Positions 25,090 through 35,028 of a DNA stretch of 64,000 nt are shown here, in pieces (within the stretch, counting starts at the first letter, position 1; each line of letters begins with the position of its first letter). The translations under genes and the position numbers were made by a program. The stretch is from Escherichia coli phage vB_EcoS_Ace. Under the pieces are notes generated by a model. It did no database searches and had not been told where the DNA came from. It was given only the letters and a program-made list of their open reading frames with translations. The stretch lies in the sequence record MT833283.1; one strand, written 5' to 3'.

Positions 25090-26964
25090 ATGAATCGCAA
25101 TGAAGAACTAAAGTATAAAGGAATGCAGTCCTTGATTCGAAACTGCAAAGAAATTATCGAAGGTTCAGCAGATGAAGAGCTGCTGTTTAATAATGCCAAT
25201 AAGCCCTCAGAACGTTTCCCTACACAAAGGGATATGCTTGCAGGGGAATTGAGTAAATATCTGATTCTGGAAGAAATGCCAATCCAGATTCGAAATGCTC
25301 ACATGATTGGTGATATTCACTTCCATGATGCTGATTACGCTGCATTAGGTATGACTAACTGTTGCCTGGTTGCTTTGGAAGATATGTTGAAAAACGGTAT
25401 GAAGGTTGGTAATGCTGAAATCAGTACGCCAAACTCCATTACTACTGCGGCTGCTATTACAGCTCAGATTATTACTCAGGTTAGCTCCCATCAATATGGT
25501 GGTACTTCTGTAGACCGATTAGATGAAGTACTGGCTCCTTATGTTCGTAAGTCTTATGATAAGAATCATGCGTTTGCAAAACGTTGGACTAAGGATGAAG
25601 CCAAAGCATCTGTAATGGCTACGGAAATGACTGAGAAAGAAGTTTACGATGCCTGTCAGGGCCTGGAGTATGAAATCAATACGATGTTCAACTCTAATGG
25701 TCAAAGTCCGTTTATTACCTTTGGGTTTGGTCTAGGAACTTCTTGGGAAGCACGTCTTGTACAGAAAGCAATCCTAGAAGTGCGTATGGATGGTTTGGGT
25801 ATCAATAAACGTACAGCTATCTTCCCTAAACTGGTATTTGTTTTGCGTGATGGCGTAAACATGAAACCTGGTGATGTTAACTATGATATCAAGAAGTTAG
25901 CTATGAAATGTACTGCTGAACGTATGTATCCTGACTACATCAGTTATGATAAGGTTGTAGAAGTTACGGGAGACTACAAAGTCTCTATGGGCTGTCGTTC
26001 ATTCCTGGCTGCTGCGGAAGATGGTGAAACTTCTGGTCGTAACAACTTAGGCGTTGTTTCCGTAAACCTTCCTCGAATCGCTATCGAAGCGGAAGGAAAT
26101 ATTGATCTATTCTTCGATCTACTTGAGCTGCGTGTGGATACCGCGTTAAAAGCATTGGAGTGGAGGGTTGATCGCTTAAAATACATTCAAGCTAAAGCTG
26201 CGCCCATCCTCTATATGTCAGGAGCCTTTGGATTACGTCTGGGGCCAGATGAATATGTATTTGATCATTTCTACAAGCGTGCTTCCGTATCTCTAGGATA
26301 TATTGGTTGCCACGAAATGTTGCAGCTCATGTTTGGTAAAGATGTAGATACAATGTCTGAGTCTTGTATCAAGTTCGTTCAACGTGTGCTACAATATATG
26401 CGTGATCGTGCTGATCAGAAGAAGGAAGAGACTCAGTTAGGTTATAGTCTGTATGCTACACCATCTGAATCTCTGTGTGATCGCTTCTGTCGTCTAGACC
26501 GTGAGTACTTCCCAGAGCATGAGGATATTCTGGCTAAAGGATATTACACTAACTCCCATCACCTTGATGTAGAACGTAAGGTTGCTCCAAATGTGAAATT
26601 TGATTATGAGTCTAACTTTACTCCTATTGCTTCTGGTGGGTGCATTTCCTACGTGGAATTACCTGACATGAAGAAATTCCCAGATGCCCTAGAATGGGTA
26701 ATTAACTATGCTGCAAGTAAAGTTCACTACTTTGGTATTAATACTCCAGTTGATTCTTGTGGTGAGTGTGGATTCTTAGGCGAAACAATTGCTTCTGAAG
26801 ATGGATTTAAATGCCCAATTTGTGGCAACCATGATCCTGAGACTCTTGAGGTAACACGTCGTGTTTGTGGGTACCTTGGTAATCCAGGTGCACGCCCATT
26901 TAACCCAGGTAAACAGCATGAGGTTATGGGACGAATCAAGCATGCAGATGTAAGAGCTAAATAA
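25090..26964 (+). CDS. nrdD: anaerobic ribonucleoside-triphosphate reductase (class III)
   Basis: 624 aa; glycyl-radical motif RVCGYLG near the C-terminus; Zn-ribbon CGECG...CPICG. Confidence 0.9.
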   Translation: MNRNEELKYKGMQSLIRNCKEIIEGSADEELLFNNANKPSERFPTQRDMLAGELSKYLILEEMPIQIRNAHMIGDIHFHDADYAALGMTNCCLVALEDMLKNGMKVGNAEISTPNSITTAAAITAQIITQVSSHQYGGTSVDRLDEVLAPYVRKSYDKNHAFAKRWTKDEAKASVMATEMTEKEVYDACQGLEYEINTMFNSNGQSPFITFGFGLGTSWEARLVQKAILEVRMDGLGINKRTAIFPKLVFVLRDGVNMKPGDVNYDIKKLAMKCTAERMYPDYISYDKVVEVTGDYKVSMGCRSFLAAAEDGETSGRNNLGVVSVNLPRIAIEAEGNIDLFFDLLELRVDTALKALEWRVDRLKYIQAKAAPILYMSGAFGLRLGPDEYVFDHFYKRASVSLGYIGCHEMLQLMFGKDVDTMSESCIKFVQRVLQYMRDRADQKKEETQLGYSLYATPSESLCDRFCRLDREYFPEHEDILAKGYYTNSHHLDVERKVAPNVKFDYESNFTPIASGGCISYVELPDMKKFPDALEWVINYAASKVHYFGINTPVDSCGECGFLGETIASEDGFKCPICGNHDPETLEVTRRVCGYLGNPGARPFNPGKQHEVMGRIKHADVRAK

Positions 26965-26969
26965 TGAAT

Positions 26970-27003
26970 CAGCCAGGTCGCTAGTCGATCTGGCTTTTAT
27001 TTT
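26970..27003 (+). terminator. rho-independent terminator after nrdD
   Basis: Hairpin AGCCAG...CTGGCT followed by TTTTATTTTAC. Confidence 0.55.
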
Positions 27004-27005
27004 AC

Positions 27006-27034
27006 TTGCTTTCTAGCTAAAACTTATGTATAAT
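27006..27034 (+). promoter_or_regulatory. T5-type early promoter (TTGCTT-17-TATAAT) with conserved leader
   Basis: ttgctt 27006-27011, tataat 27029-27034, leader ATAAATTTGAGAGGAG. Confidence 0.7.
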
Positions 27035-27063
27035 TGATTTATAAATTTGAGAGGAGAAAACGA

Positions 27064-27282
27064 ATGGCAAAAGTACCACAAGAATTTACGGATGGAATTA
27101 AGGCAGATCTAGATGTAATGCTAATGGCCCAATGGGAGTCTGGCTTCCGAGATGGAATTGATTGTTGTGTGGCCGTGCTCGATACTATTAGTTGGCAGCT
27201 TATTCAATCTGGAAATGATGCAGAAGGCAACCTTCTAGCTAACCTTTCTAAACAAATTAGGGAAATGAAATGCGCAGATTAA
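27064..27282 (+). CDS. hypothetical protein
   Basis: Start at ATG 27064 (MAKVPQEF) with RBS GAGAGGAGAAAA; the upstream ATG at 27034 lies inside the promoter. Confidence 0.5.
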   Translation: MAKVPQEFTDGIKADLDVMLMAQWESGFRDGIDCCVAVLDTISWQLIQSGNDAEGNLLANLSKQIREMKCAD

Positions 27283-28112
27283 TTATTGTTAGTGGTGCAG
27301 GTTTGAGTGTAGATAGTGGTGTTCGTGCTTTCCGTACTGATACTGCTAGTGGGAAATCCTTGTGGGATGAGTACGATCTAGAGGAAGTATGTAGCTTGCC
27401 TAACTTTGAAGCTGGCTTCCGTCGCTTCTGTGGTGAAGATGATCCTAACTACTTCAGTGCTCGTTTCCCTGGCATTGATGAAGATGGTAACGATCTGTAT
27501 CTCAAGACTCATGAGTTCTACAACATGCGTCGTCAGGAATTACAGACTGTTGAGCCTAACATTGCCCATCTGCGAATTGCAGAATGGTTCCAGCGTTATG
27601 ATGCGGATAGCGTGAAGAACTTCACTACTAACGTTGATGACCTTCTGGAACGTGCTGGTATCCCTCGTGATGAAATCATTCACGCTCACGGGTACTTGAA
27701 AGAGGTGATCTATCGTCAGGGTCGCAATCAAATCATCGAAGATGTTGGGTATACTGCGATTGCCCCTGAAGATTACGAATGGGTAAAACCAAACGTAACA
27801 TTCTTTGGTGAGACGGCTCCGTGGTATATGGGTCAGATTAACCTGTTTGATACGCTTACTAGCAATGATATGGTTATTGTGGTAGGTTGTAGCAACCAAG
27901 TGATTGACTTCAACTGGGAACTATTCCCTGCTGTATGTCGTGGAACTAAGATGATGGTTGTTAACCCTCAAGTTCGCTATGATGAACAGCTTGAATATGA
28001 GAAACGTGGTGTTACTGTATGGCGGGCTGGAGCTGCCGAAGTTTTTGGTAACAAGCATTTCATTGGTCAAGTAGAAGCCTTTATGGAAGGAACTATTTAT
28101 GTCGCATCCTAA
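27270..28112 (+). CDS. Sir2-family (sirtuin-like) NAD-dependent protein, no obvious Zn-ribbon
   Basis: 280 aa; Sir2 motifs GAGLSVDSGVRAFR, TTNVDDLLERAG, HAHG, PNVTFFGE, IVVGCS. Confidence 0.7.
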   Translation: MRRLIIVSGAGLSVDSGVRAFRTDTASGKSLWDEYDLEEVCSLPNFEAGFRRFCGEDDPNYFSARFPGIDEDGNDLYLKTHEFYNMRRQELQTVEPNIAHLRIAEWFQRYDADSVKNFTTNVDDLLERAGIPRDEIIHAHGYLKEVIYRQGRNQIIEDVGYTAIAPEDYEWVKPNVTFFGETAPWYMGQINLFDTLTSNDMVIVVGCSNQVIDFNWELFPAVCRGTKMMVVNPQVRYDEQLEYEKRGVTVWRAGAAEVFGNKHFIGQVEAFMEGTIYVAS

Positions 28113-28314
28113 TAAGGGTAAAATGGGAGATATGGGATCAGACCCCCGATTTTACAAATCGCCTAAAAGACACCCTGATGATATAATTGTATGGCCAGAT
28201 AAAACATGGTGCTATCGTGAAGAGTTGTGGGAAATGGATTATATGTCAGATGATTTCTGTGTAATCTATATCGACACACCGGAACATAAAGCGTTCCTAG
28301 AGGAGAACGAATGA
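28099..28314 (+). CDS. hypothetical protein
   Basis: 71 aa ORF overlapping neighbours. Confidence 0.45.
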   Translation: MSHPNKGKMGDMGSDPRFYKSPKRHPDDIIVWPDKTWCYREELWEMDYMSDDFCVIYIDTPEHKAFLEENE

Positions 28315-28496
28315 TAAAGAAGATTTTTAAGGGTATCTGGAAAGGTCTAGTATGGTTTGTCAACCTAATCGGTATGATTACCATTTATTCTCTGTTCCTA
28401 TCTGTTATGTGGGGTAAAGGTGAATTGAAGGTTCCGGTTCCTTTTACTGAGGAAGTTAAAGTCTGGACGTGGGATGCTACTGGTGGAAATAAGTAA
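28311..28496 (+). CDS. small membrane protein
   Basis: 61 aa with one hydrophobic helix (GLVWFVNLIGMITIYSLFLSVMW). Confidence 0.45.
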   Translation: MIKKIFKGIWKGLVWFVNLIGMITIYSLFLSVMWGKGELKVPVPFTEEVKVWTWDATGGNK

Positions 28497-28989
28497 TACT
28501 CCTGTGATTTTCCTGGATATTGATGGGGTGCTCAATTCGAGCATCTCTCACCATCATGCTCCAGACAGTGAAAAGCTGTTCTTTGGCAGTGATTGGGTTT
28601 ATAAGCCATTACTCCAGGCTTTTCAGAACTTTCTTAAACCCTCCCCAATAATGATTGTTGGGGTCTCTTCATGGTTTTCTGTACGAAATGAAATGGAGAA
28701 CGTTCAGATTATGACCGGACTCGGTTTGATCGATCGTTTCCTTGGTACAACAGATTTTACTGGAGGTGGTTTATCTCGGGGTAATTCTGTTTTACGTTTC
28801 GTCGAAAAATATAAGCTCAAGCATTGGTGTGTCCTAGATGATGCTGGTGCTATGATGTACCAATTCCCTACTGTTATTGTAAATGGCAGGACTGGAATAA
28901 ACCTTCAAGATTTAAATGCTATCAGCTATATGCTGGAGTTTAGTCCAGATCTTGAAATGTGTAAGGCTCTTCAGAAACTTAAGGTGTAA
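28474..28989 (+). CDS. HAD-like phosphatase (putative)
   Basis: 171 aa; N-terminal VIFLDIDGVLNSS resembles HAD motif I; weak assignment. Confidence 0.45.
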   Translation: MLLVEISNTPVIFLDIDGVLNSSISHHHAPDSEKLFFGSDWVYKPLLQAFQNFLKPSPIMIVGVSSWFSVRNEMENVQIMTGLGLIDRFLGTTDFTGGGLSRGNSVLRFVEKYKLKHWCVLDDAGAMMYQFPTVIVNGRTGINLQDLNAISYMLEFSPDLEMCKALQKLKV

Positions 28990-28991
28990 AT

Positions 28992-29420
28992 ATGTTCGAT
29001 AATCTTTTCATGAAAGAGGTAAACCCTATGCTCCTCAACTTCTGGCGTTCTCTCCCTAATGGTATGTATAATGAAACCATCAATCTGCTTAAGATTTGGT
29101 GTGAGAATAACGATATCTTCCTATCCTTTAAAGGCCCACTAGAGGAAGCTCCATGTATTGGAGTTAGCGTGGATTTAGGTGAGGGAGTAGAAGAAATTGT
29201 AGACTGGAAAGAACTCGATGAAATGGGTCTGGTTTTTGCCTTGAACCATAAGCTGTTTATGCCTGCAAATCACCGTCTTATTGTAAACTATCGCACTGGT
29301 GAAGCTCCTGCTTTCCAGGTAAATGAACGTGAGGGCTGGTCATATTCGCCCAAAGAAGTAAATGAGGGGATTCAGAAACTTCGTCGTTTCGGGTATATGA
29401 TCCCAGGTTTAACTGCTTAA
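28992..29420 (+). CDS. hypothetical protein, tandem paralog A
   Basis: 142 aa; shares ELDEMGLVFALN...YRTGEAP...RRFGYMIPGL pattern with the next ORF. Confidence 0.5.
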   Translation: MFDNLFMKEVNPMLLNFWRSLPNGMYNETINLLKIWCENNDIFLSFKGPLEEAPCIGVSVDLGEGVEEIVDWKELDEMGLVFALNHKLFMPANHRLIVNYRTGEAPAFQVNEREGWSYSPKEVNEGIQKLRRFGYMIPGLTA

Positions 29421-29429
29421 GGAGGCAGA

Positions 29430-29825
29430 ATGGAACAAGTATTTTGGCGTCAGATAGATCCTAGTTTGGTAGAGCGTGCTGAAGGGCTCCTTGCACGTTG
29501 GTTGGGGGTTGACAAGGTTAGTGTAACATTTCCGTTTACTTCTGTAACAGACCCTAGTGTAGGTGTCTTTGTGGACGAAGATGAAGATGATGGTTGGGAA
29601 GCTGACTGGAATGAATTGTCCAGTATGGGCTTGATTGTTGCCCTCAACTTCTCTATATTCCATCCACGTGGCTTAGCCATTACACGTGACCCCGAAACTG
29701 GTGAATCCCCTTATCTTTTGCAAGTAGAAGATGATATTTGGGAGTACACCGAAGATATTCTCGAAGAAGCTAAAGGTCAATTAAATCGCATTGGGATCTA
29801 TGTTCCAGGCCTAAATGATGATTGA
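29430..29825 (+). CDS. hypothetical protein, tandem paralog B
   Basis: 131 aa; ELSSMGLIVALN...PETGESP...NRIGIYVPGL parallels the previous ORF. Confidence 0.5.
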   Translation: MEQVFWRQIDPSLVERAEGLLARWLGVDKVSVTFPFTSVTDPSVGVFVDEDEDDGWEADWNELSSMGLIVALNFSIFHPRGLAITRDPETGESPYLLQVEDDIWEYTEDILEEAKGQLNRIGIYVPGLNDD

Positions 29826-30438
29826 TTTTCATTAGTCCAATCCTGATTACCGAGTCATTTTGGCTCGGTTTTCTCTGTGCTCAAAGACACTGATAGCACC
29901 TTCGGAAAAATTTTACTTGCAGGATGCTCAAAATCTTGATATAATATTTATATTGAATTGAGAGACATTAGTAAAAATTGATTTTGCTAATTTTTCTTGT
30001 TTACAATCCGCAATACGGAACAGTTAGGCTGCCCCATTAAGGGTTGTTTTAACTATTACTAGTGTTTATACTGCATTAGTTAATTATCAATTAAGTGATC
30101 TGCGTACCCTGAATTCGGAAAGGTAAATCCAAACCGTGCATATTTAGCTCGTTATATAGGCAGAGCTTTATATGGGGGTGCGAACGAAAAGAGCAGCGAA
30201 TGGTGACACGTCCAGTAGCCACCTACCAATAGGATAGTGAGGGCAATCAGAATAGGCTTAGCGGCCAATGACCTAGGTTCTGATCTGGATAAGAGTTAAG
30301 AGAGCGCAGCACTGAGGTATGATAACTTATTCATACTGCTTGATGATTAATGTTTGTGTAAATGGTAGTAATAGTTGTTCTATTCTTTTGAATAGTCCTA
30401 AAGAAAGATATCCGAATAACCAACATAGGAGTATTGTT

Positions 30439-33228
30439 GTGTTCTCAATCCTACAAGGTCACGCAGGATTTTCCAGAGATAAAGCCACTGGCATCTGGAA
30501 AGAGATCAAAGTGGAAGATTACACCTTTGCAAAGCGATTCTCTAAAGAGCATCCAGAAGGTAAACCAGCTTCCATGCCCTTCAAATTTGATGTACTTGAA
30601 GAACTTGACCCGCAAAACCTTGCTGAAATGTTACCTATCATGCGTCGTCTTACCAAAGACCCGCATATTGTAGCTATTCGTGGTAAATGTCTAGCTCCAA
30701 AAGATAATGTGCGTCGTACCAGAGGAAACTTTAACGTATCCAATCCTAGTCATATTATCGCTATGGACGTGGATGGTATTGTAGATACTGGTGGCTATGA
30801 CAAGTTTAATCTTGTTGGCATGGCACGTCATATTATTAAGATGTTGAATAGTATTAGTGAGGATATGTTTCCTCTTGATGCAGGGTTTATTGCTCATGCA
30901 TCGTCTTCGGCTGGATTAAAACCAGGTATCCGAATGCACTTAATGCTAGAATCTAATGTCAAGGTAACGCAGGGGCAATTAAAATTCTTATTTACATCCA
31001 TCAATGACAGTAGTAAGCAAAAGTATGGCTTTGATATTGCTGACTTAGCTTATTATTCTTCTGTTCAGCTTCACTATTTCGCAGATCCCTTATTTGATGA
31101 TGGTATAGTCGATCCGTTTAAAGCGGAGAATAAACCACGTCTTGTGTATGTTAAGGGTTCGAAAGTGAATCTACCCAATAACCTAGTTGACTTTGAAACA
31201 ACTAGAGGTGAGTTTAAAGAAGAATTCTACTCCTTACTTGACCAAATTAAAGGCAAGAAGGCTGCATCTGATAAAGTGGAAGAAACCATCAGCGAACTAG
31301 AAGAAGCTGAGGATGGGGTGTACCTGCGTATTATCCCAAAACTTTATCACAGAGCGTTAGAAGATGGTGTTGACTTTACGTGGTTAGAACGTGAGATTAA
31401 ACCAGCTTTATCTGAATATATTGCAACTAAAGATAATAGTCGTAATATTCAAGATTACTTTAATAACGGTCGTAAGCAGGCTCTAAAAGCCTTTGTGAAT
31501 AACTCCAAACGTGAGATTCCACCCAACTTAAAAGGTGTACCACTAAAGCGTCTGGACACAGATTCACCGCCAGAAGTTCCATACTTGAAGATTAACATTG
31601 TACCCCCAAAAGGACATTTAACATTTGTTAAGGCAAGTCTTGGTACAGGTAAAACCACAGCAGTAACTAAGTGGCTAGATGCAGGTGTTCTTCCAGGAAA
31701 CTTTATTGCAATCACGAATACTAGGGCACTTGTATCTTCAAACGCGAAGAAATTCGGTGCTGGTCAGTATGATAAGTCAGTTGATATGCTGAACTTCAAA
31801 CGTGGTGCTATTGATCGTATGTCTTCAACTATTCACTCTATCCATAAGTTCAAGAGCTTTGTGGGTCAGATTGATACGATCTTTATTGATGAATGTGACG
31901 CAGTAATGAATGATCTGTTATTCGCCCCGGTTGTTAAAAACCGTCGTGAATGTATTCAGGTTCTTCGCGATATTCTTATTACTGCAAAAACGGTTATCTT
32001 ATCTGATGGTGATATCAGTGCAGAAACGATTGAAGCCTATGGTTCTTTGATTGATTTTGATAAACCGGTCGCGTTCTATAATCATCACCGTAAAATGCTG
32101 GCAAAAGCTCATGCATATGAGTTCCCTGATGAATCCAGTATTTGGGTCGCACTCCAGACTTCACTAGAGATGGGGGAGAAATCAATCCTAGTATCTGACT
32201 GTGGGCCAGATGAACTGAATGAAAAGGGGATGGCGTTACGTCGTAACACTGGTGCGTTAGTTAAAGAAATTCACTCAAACTCTACGTCTGATGTAGATAT
32301 CCGACGTATTCTGGATTACACTACTAATGAGCTAATTGATCAACAGATTGATTGTTTGTTATGTAGTCCATCTGTAACGAGTGGCGTTGACTTTAACTAT
32401 TTTGATAACGTATTTGTTATCACTAGAACCTCAAACCAAGCGCCAAACATGCGTTTTCAAGCAATCAGGCGCGACCGTGGTGCTCAGAACATTTATTATT
32501 TTATTGATAAATCTACGAGTGGATTTTCTGCGGGTTCCGAGCAATATAATATTGACGAAGGTTGGATTGAGTTAGCCCAACAACTGTACGCACGTCGTCG
32601 TGAGCTGGAATCTAGAAACTATACTAGTACTTTGCGTTATTATCTGCTTGATCAGGGTGCAACTATCGATATTTTCAGCGAAAGCTGGGGAACTATCGAA
32701 GGTGCAGGAAAAGAGTATACAGAAGAGCGAATCAAAGCTATTTTGCACTCAACTCCTGAATATTGTGCACCACGTCATGCAGATGCCTATGAAGCCAAGT
32801 TACTTCTGGTTCGCTATTATCATCTGGATTCTATTAAAGATGTAACAGTGGAACACGTTGAACAGTATATCAAGGATAAACCAAACGATAGAGCTGCATT
32901 CTTCCATAAGATGCACGACATGTTCTGGGAAGATATTAAAAAGTGTTCAAACGTAACAATCAAACCGTTTATCGAAGCTCTTAAGAATAAGAAGAAGGAT
33001 TTCTTCCTTAAGACAGGTCAGAGCGCTAACCCAAAATATGCTCGTATGTATCTTGGCATGATGGGTATCGGTAAAGATCTGGATACGGAAAAGATTGTGG
33101 ACTGGTACAGAACTTACTGTAAGATCGAATGTATGCCGATTCCAGTTAAGTTTATGACAGATGAAGAACGTCAGATGCATGAGGAAGCTCTTGCTGAATT
33201 GGGGGCTAGAAATGACAGCGAAGAATAA
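30439..33228 (+). CDS. origin-binding-type SF2 ATPase/helicase (replication initiator candidate)
   Basis: Walker A SLGTGKTTAVT and DExD-like IFIDECD; start reassigned to GTG 30439 with RBS AGGAG 7 nt upstream; the track's ATG at 30319 has no RBS. Confidence 0.6.
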   Translation: MFSILQGHAGFSRDKATGIWKEIKVEDYTFAKRFSKEHPEGKPASMPFKFDVLEELDPQNLAEMLPIMRRLTKDPHIVAIRGKCLAPKDNVRRTRGNFNVSNPSHIIAMDVDGIVDTGGYDKFNLVGMARHIIKMLNSISEDMFPLDAGFIAHASSSAGLKPGIRMHLMLESNVKVTQGQLKFLFTSINDSSKQKYGFDIADLAYYSSVQLHYFADPLFDDGIVDPFKAENKPRLVYVKGSKVNLPNNLVDFETTRGEFKEEFYSLLDQIKGKKAASDKVEETISELEEAEDGVYLRIIPKLYHRALEDGVDFTWLEREIKPALSEYIATKDNSRNIQDYFNNGRKQALKAFVNNSKREIPPNLKGVPLKRLDTDSPPEVPYLKINIVPPKGHLTFVKASLGTGKTTAVTKWLDAGVLPGNFIAITNTRALVSSNAKKFGAGQYDKSVDMLNFKRGAIDRMSSTIHSIHKFKSFVGQIDTIFIDECDAVMNDLLFAPVVKNRRECIQVLRDILITAKTVILSDGDISAETIEAYGSLIDFDKPVAFYNHHRKMLAKAHAYEFPDESSIWVALQTSLEMGEKSILVSDCGPDELNEKGMALRRNTGALVKEIHSNSTSDVDIRRILDYTTNELIDQQIDCLLCSPSVTSGVDFNYFDNVFVITRTSNQAPNMRFQAIRRDRGAQNIYYFIDKSTSGFSAGSEQYNIDEGWIELAQQLYARRRELESRNYTSTLRYYLLDQGATIDIFSESWGTIEGAGKEYTEERIKAILHSTPEYCAPRHADAYEAKLLLVRYYHLDSIKDVTVEHVEQYIKDKPNDRAAFFHKMHDMFWEDIKKCSNVTIKPFIEALKNKKKDFFLKTGQSANPKYARMYLGMMGIGKDLDTEKIVDWYRTYCKIECMPIPVKFMTDEERQMHEEALAELGARNDSEE

Positions 33229-33445
33229 AAAGTGGGAAACAAGGAAGTTTCCCGTAAAAGAACGTAAAACTTCTGTTTACGATACTGCGGAGAAACTATG
33301 TAGGGTTGTACCACCTCGTCTCGCTGGCATCCCTAACGTCTCCATATGGTTACTTAAACAACGGAAGACTCGTGTGTCTCTTCGTATTGGCTTTGAGTTA
33401 GATAAAGTCTATGCTGAACTTGCTTCTTTGCTCAAAGAATCGTAA
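33212..33445 (+). CDS. hypothetical basic protein
   Basis: Start moved to ATG 33212 (MTAKNKKW), overlapping the stop of the upstream gene. Confidence 0.45.
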   Translation: MTAKNKKWETRKFPVKERKTSVYDTAEKLCRVVPPRLAGIPNVSIWLLKQRKTRVSLRIGFELDKVYAELASLLKES

Positions 33446-33454
33446 AAATTTATT

Positions 33455-33482
33455 TGCTTTTAGGAAAATTTTTCTGTATAAT
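33455..33482 (+). promoter_or_regulatory. T5 P-N25-like early promoter with conserved leader and RBS
   Basis: TTATTTGCTTTTAGGAAAATTTTTCTGTATAATAGATTCATAAATTTGAGAGAGGAG matches the classic T5 N25 promoter-leader from memory. Confidence 0.8.
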
Positions 33483-33513
33483 AGATTCATAAATTTGAGA
33501 GAGGAGTTTAAAT

Positions 33514-34218
33514 ATGGCTGGTTCTCGTAGAAAGAAACTTATCCATGAAATCCCTGATGAAACCTTTAAAAAGGTTATTGAACATCTGGAGAATGGTGGT
33601 ACTAAGAAAGCAGCATGTGAAATGCTCGGCGTTTCTTCTAACCCAACTATGGAACGAATGATCGAGGAATGGAGAGATCGTCAGGTTCAAGTTGCGGAAA
33701 TGAAAAAGAAGAAGCGCGGAACACTGATTGAGGGGGTTGAGCTTGCAAACGTAATTGAACAGTATCTTTCTGGTGATTCTTTTGAAGAAATTGCTGATCG
33801 TAACTATCGTTCTGTAGCGATGATTAAATCTGTTCTGGAACGTTATGGTGCTCTGCTTCGTTTAAACGATATTGTTGATCCATTGAATCCTCCGTTGATT
33901 CCTGATGATGCAATGGCAGAAGAATTTGAAGTTGGTGAACTTGTTTGGGTTCCTGGCTATCAGTGTATTGGTGAAATCAAGAAAGCAATGACTAACCCAG
34001 TTGGCTGCTACCGTGTTTGGTTGTTATCAGAAGGTAAACAACAGAACGTTCACTATATGCACTACGAATTAGCTTCTGTTAAACATCTGGAAAAGCTGGG
34101 AGTTGATGTTAAGGCTCTGGGCTTTAAATGGAGTCGTGAAGAAGTTATCACGTTGGTTAATGAAGCTGTTAAAGCTGCCTTGAAACTCGATAAAGAGAAA
34201 GGAAAACGCCGTGAGTAA
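33514..34218 (+). CDS. putative HTH DNA-binding protein
   Basis: 234 aa; N-terminal HTH-like GGTKKAACEMLGVSSNPTMERMIEEWR. Confidence 0.5.
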   Translation: MAGSRRKKLIHEIPDETFKKVIEHLENGGTKKAACEMLGVSSNPTMERMIEEWRDRQVQVAEMKKKKRGTLIEGVELANVIEQYLSGDSFEEIADRNYRSVAMIKSVLERYGALLRLNDIVDPLNPPLIPDDAMAEEFEVGELVWVPGYQCIGEIKKAMTNPVGCYRVWLLSEGKQQNVHYMHYELASVKHLEKLGVDVKALGFKWSREEVITLVNEAVKAALKLDKEKGKRRE

Positions 34219-34474
34219 ACTAACTGATCTGTTAAAAGCTGGAGACGTAAAATATCTCCAGCGAGATAGTTGGGTTAACTGGGATGTTCGTAGCTGCTAC
34301 TCTACCATTATAAAGGTAGATGTTGATAATAATGATATTATCGAATTTACTTGGTGGCCTGATGTAGGTGGGTATACTAATCTCTCTTTTGAGAAAGCAT
34401 CGTGGAAAACCACTGAGCTGACTCTAGAAGAAGCTCTGGCCGACGATTGGGAGATCGTTGAACTAGATATGTAG
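34211..34474 (+). CDS. hypothetical protein
   Basis: 87 aa ORF overlapping the upstream stop. Confidence 0.45.
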   Translation: MSKLTDLLKAGDVKYLQRDSWVNWDVRSCYSTIIKVDVDNNDIIEFTWWPDVGGYTNLSFEKASWKTTELTLEEALADDWEIVELDM

Positions 34475-34581
34475 CAGTTACTGAAAAATTTCAGTTGCTT
34501 AATCCTGTAATTCTTGATATAATATTCTCATAGTTTGAAAAAACTATTCTGTTTAATTCTTAATTAAGGAAATCGAAAAAT

Positions 34582-34992
34582 ATGACTACTCCAACTCAGT
34601 GGACTGATGAACTGTTCGAAAAAATGTCTTCCGACTACGTTGCTCGTATGGAGCAAATCCCAGAAGATGAGCGTCCGGGCGTTAGCATGGAAATTGTTAG
34701 CGAAATTGCTCAGGAAAATGGTGTAACTCCGAACGGTTTTCGTATGAAGCTGACCAAAGCAGGTCTGTATATCAAGAAAGCTGCTGGCTCTACTTCTAAA
34801 TCAAGCGCATCTACTGGAGAAAAAGCTTCTGGTGGTTCTCGTACTTCCAAAGCTCAGGCTCACTCCGATCTTCGCTCTGCATTCTCTGATGCTGGCTTAG
34901 CACCGGACTTCCTGGACGACGCAATCATCGACAAGCTGACCGGTAAAGCAGCTGCTCATCTAGCAGAAGCTATCCGAGCTATCACTAAGTAA
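34582..34992 (+). CDS. hypothetical protein with host-like high-expression codon usage
   Basis: 136 aa; shares an AEIA...G-type motif with the 37909-38676 protein. Confidence 0.5.
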   Translation: MTTPTQWTDELFEKMSSDYVARMEQIPEDERPGVSMEIVSEIAQENGVTPNGFRMKLTKAGLYIKKAAGSTSKSSASTGEKASGGSRTSKAQAHSDLRSAFSDAGLAPDFLDDAIIDKLTGKAAAHLAEAIRAITK

Positions 34993-35028
34993 TTCTTAGA
35001 TAAATCCACCAACACAAGGAATACAGTT

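Noticed and set aside
27270-28112. Sir2 protein as part of a bacterial-type defence operon (Thoeris or Sir2-HerA-like)
   Set aside because: No TIR, HerA or other partner domains nearby, and the context is a phage early block; a phage effector role is more plausible, though untested.
30319-30438. Upstream ATG start for the 969-aa origin-binding-type ATPase
   Set aside because: No RBS, and the encoded N-terminal 40 aa are Cys/Asn-rich low complexity; the GTG at 30439 has a good RBS.
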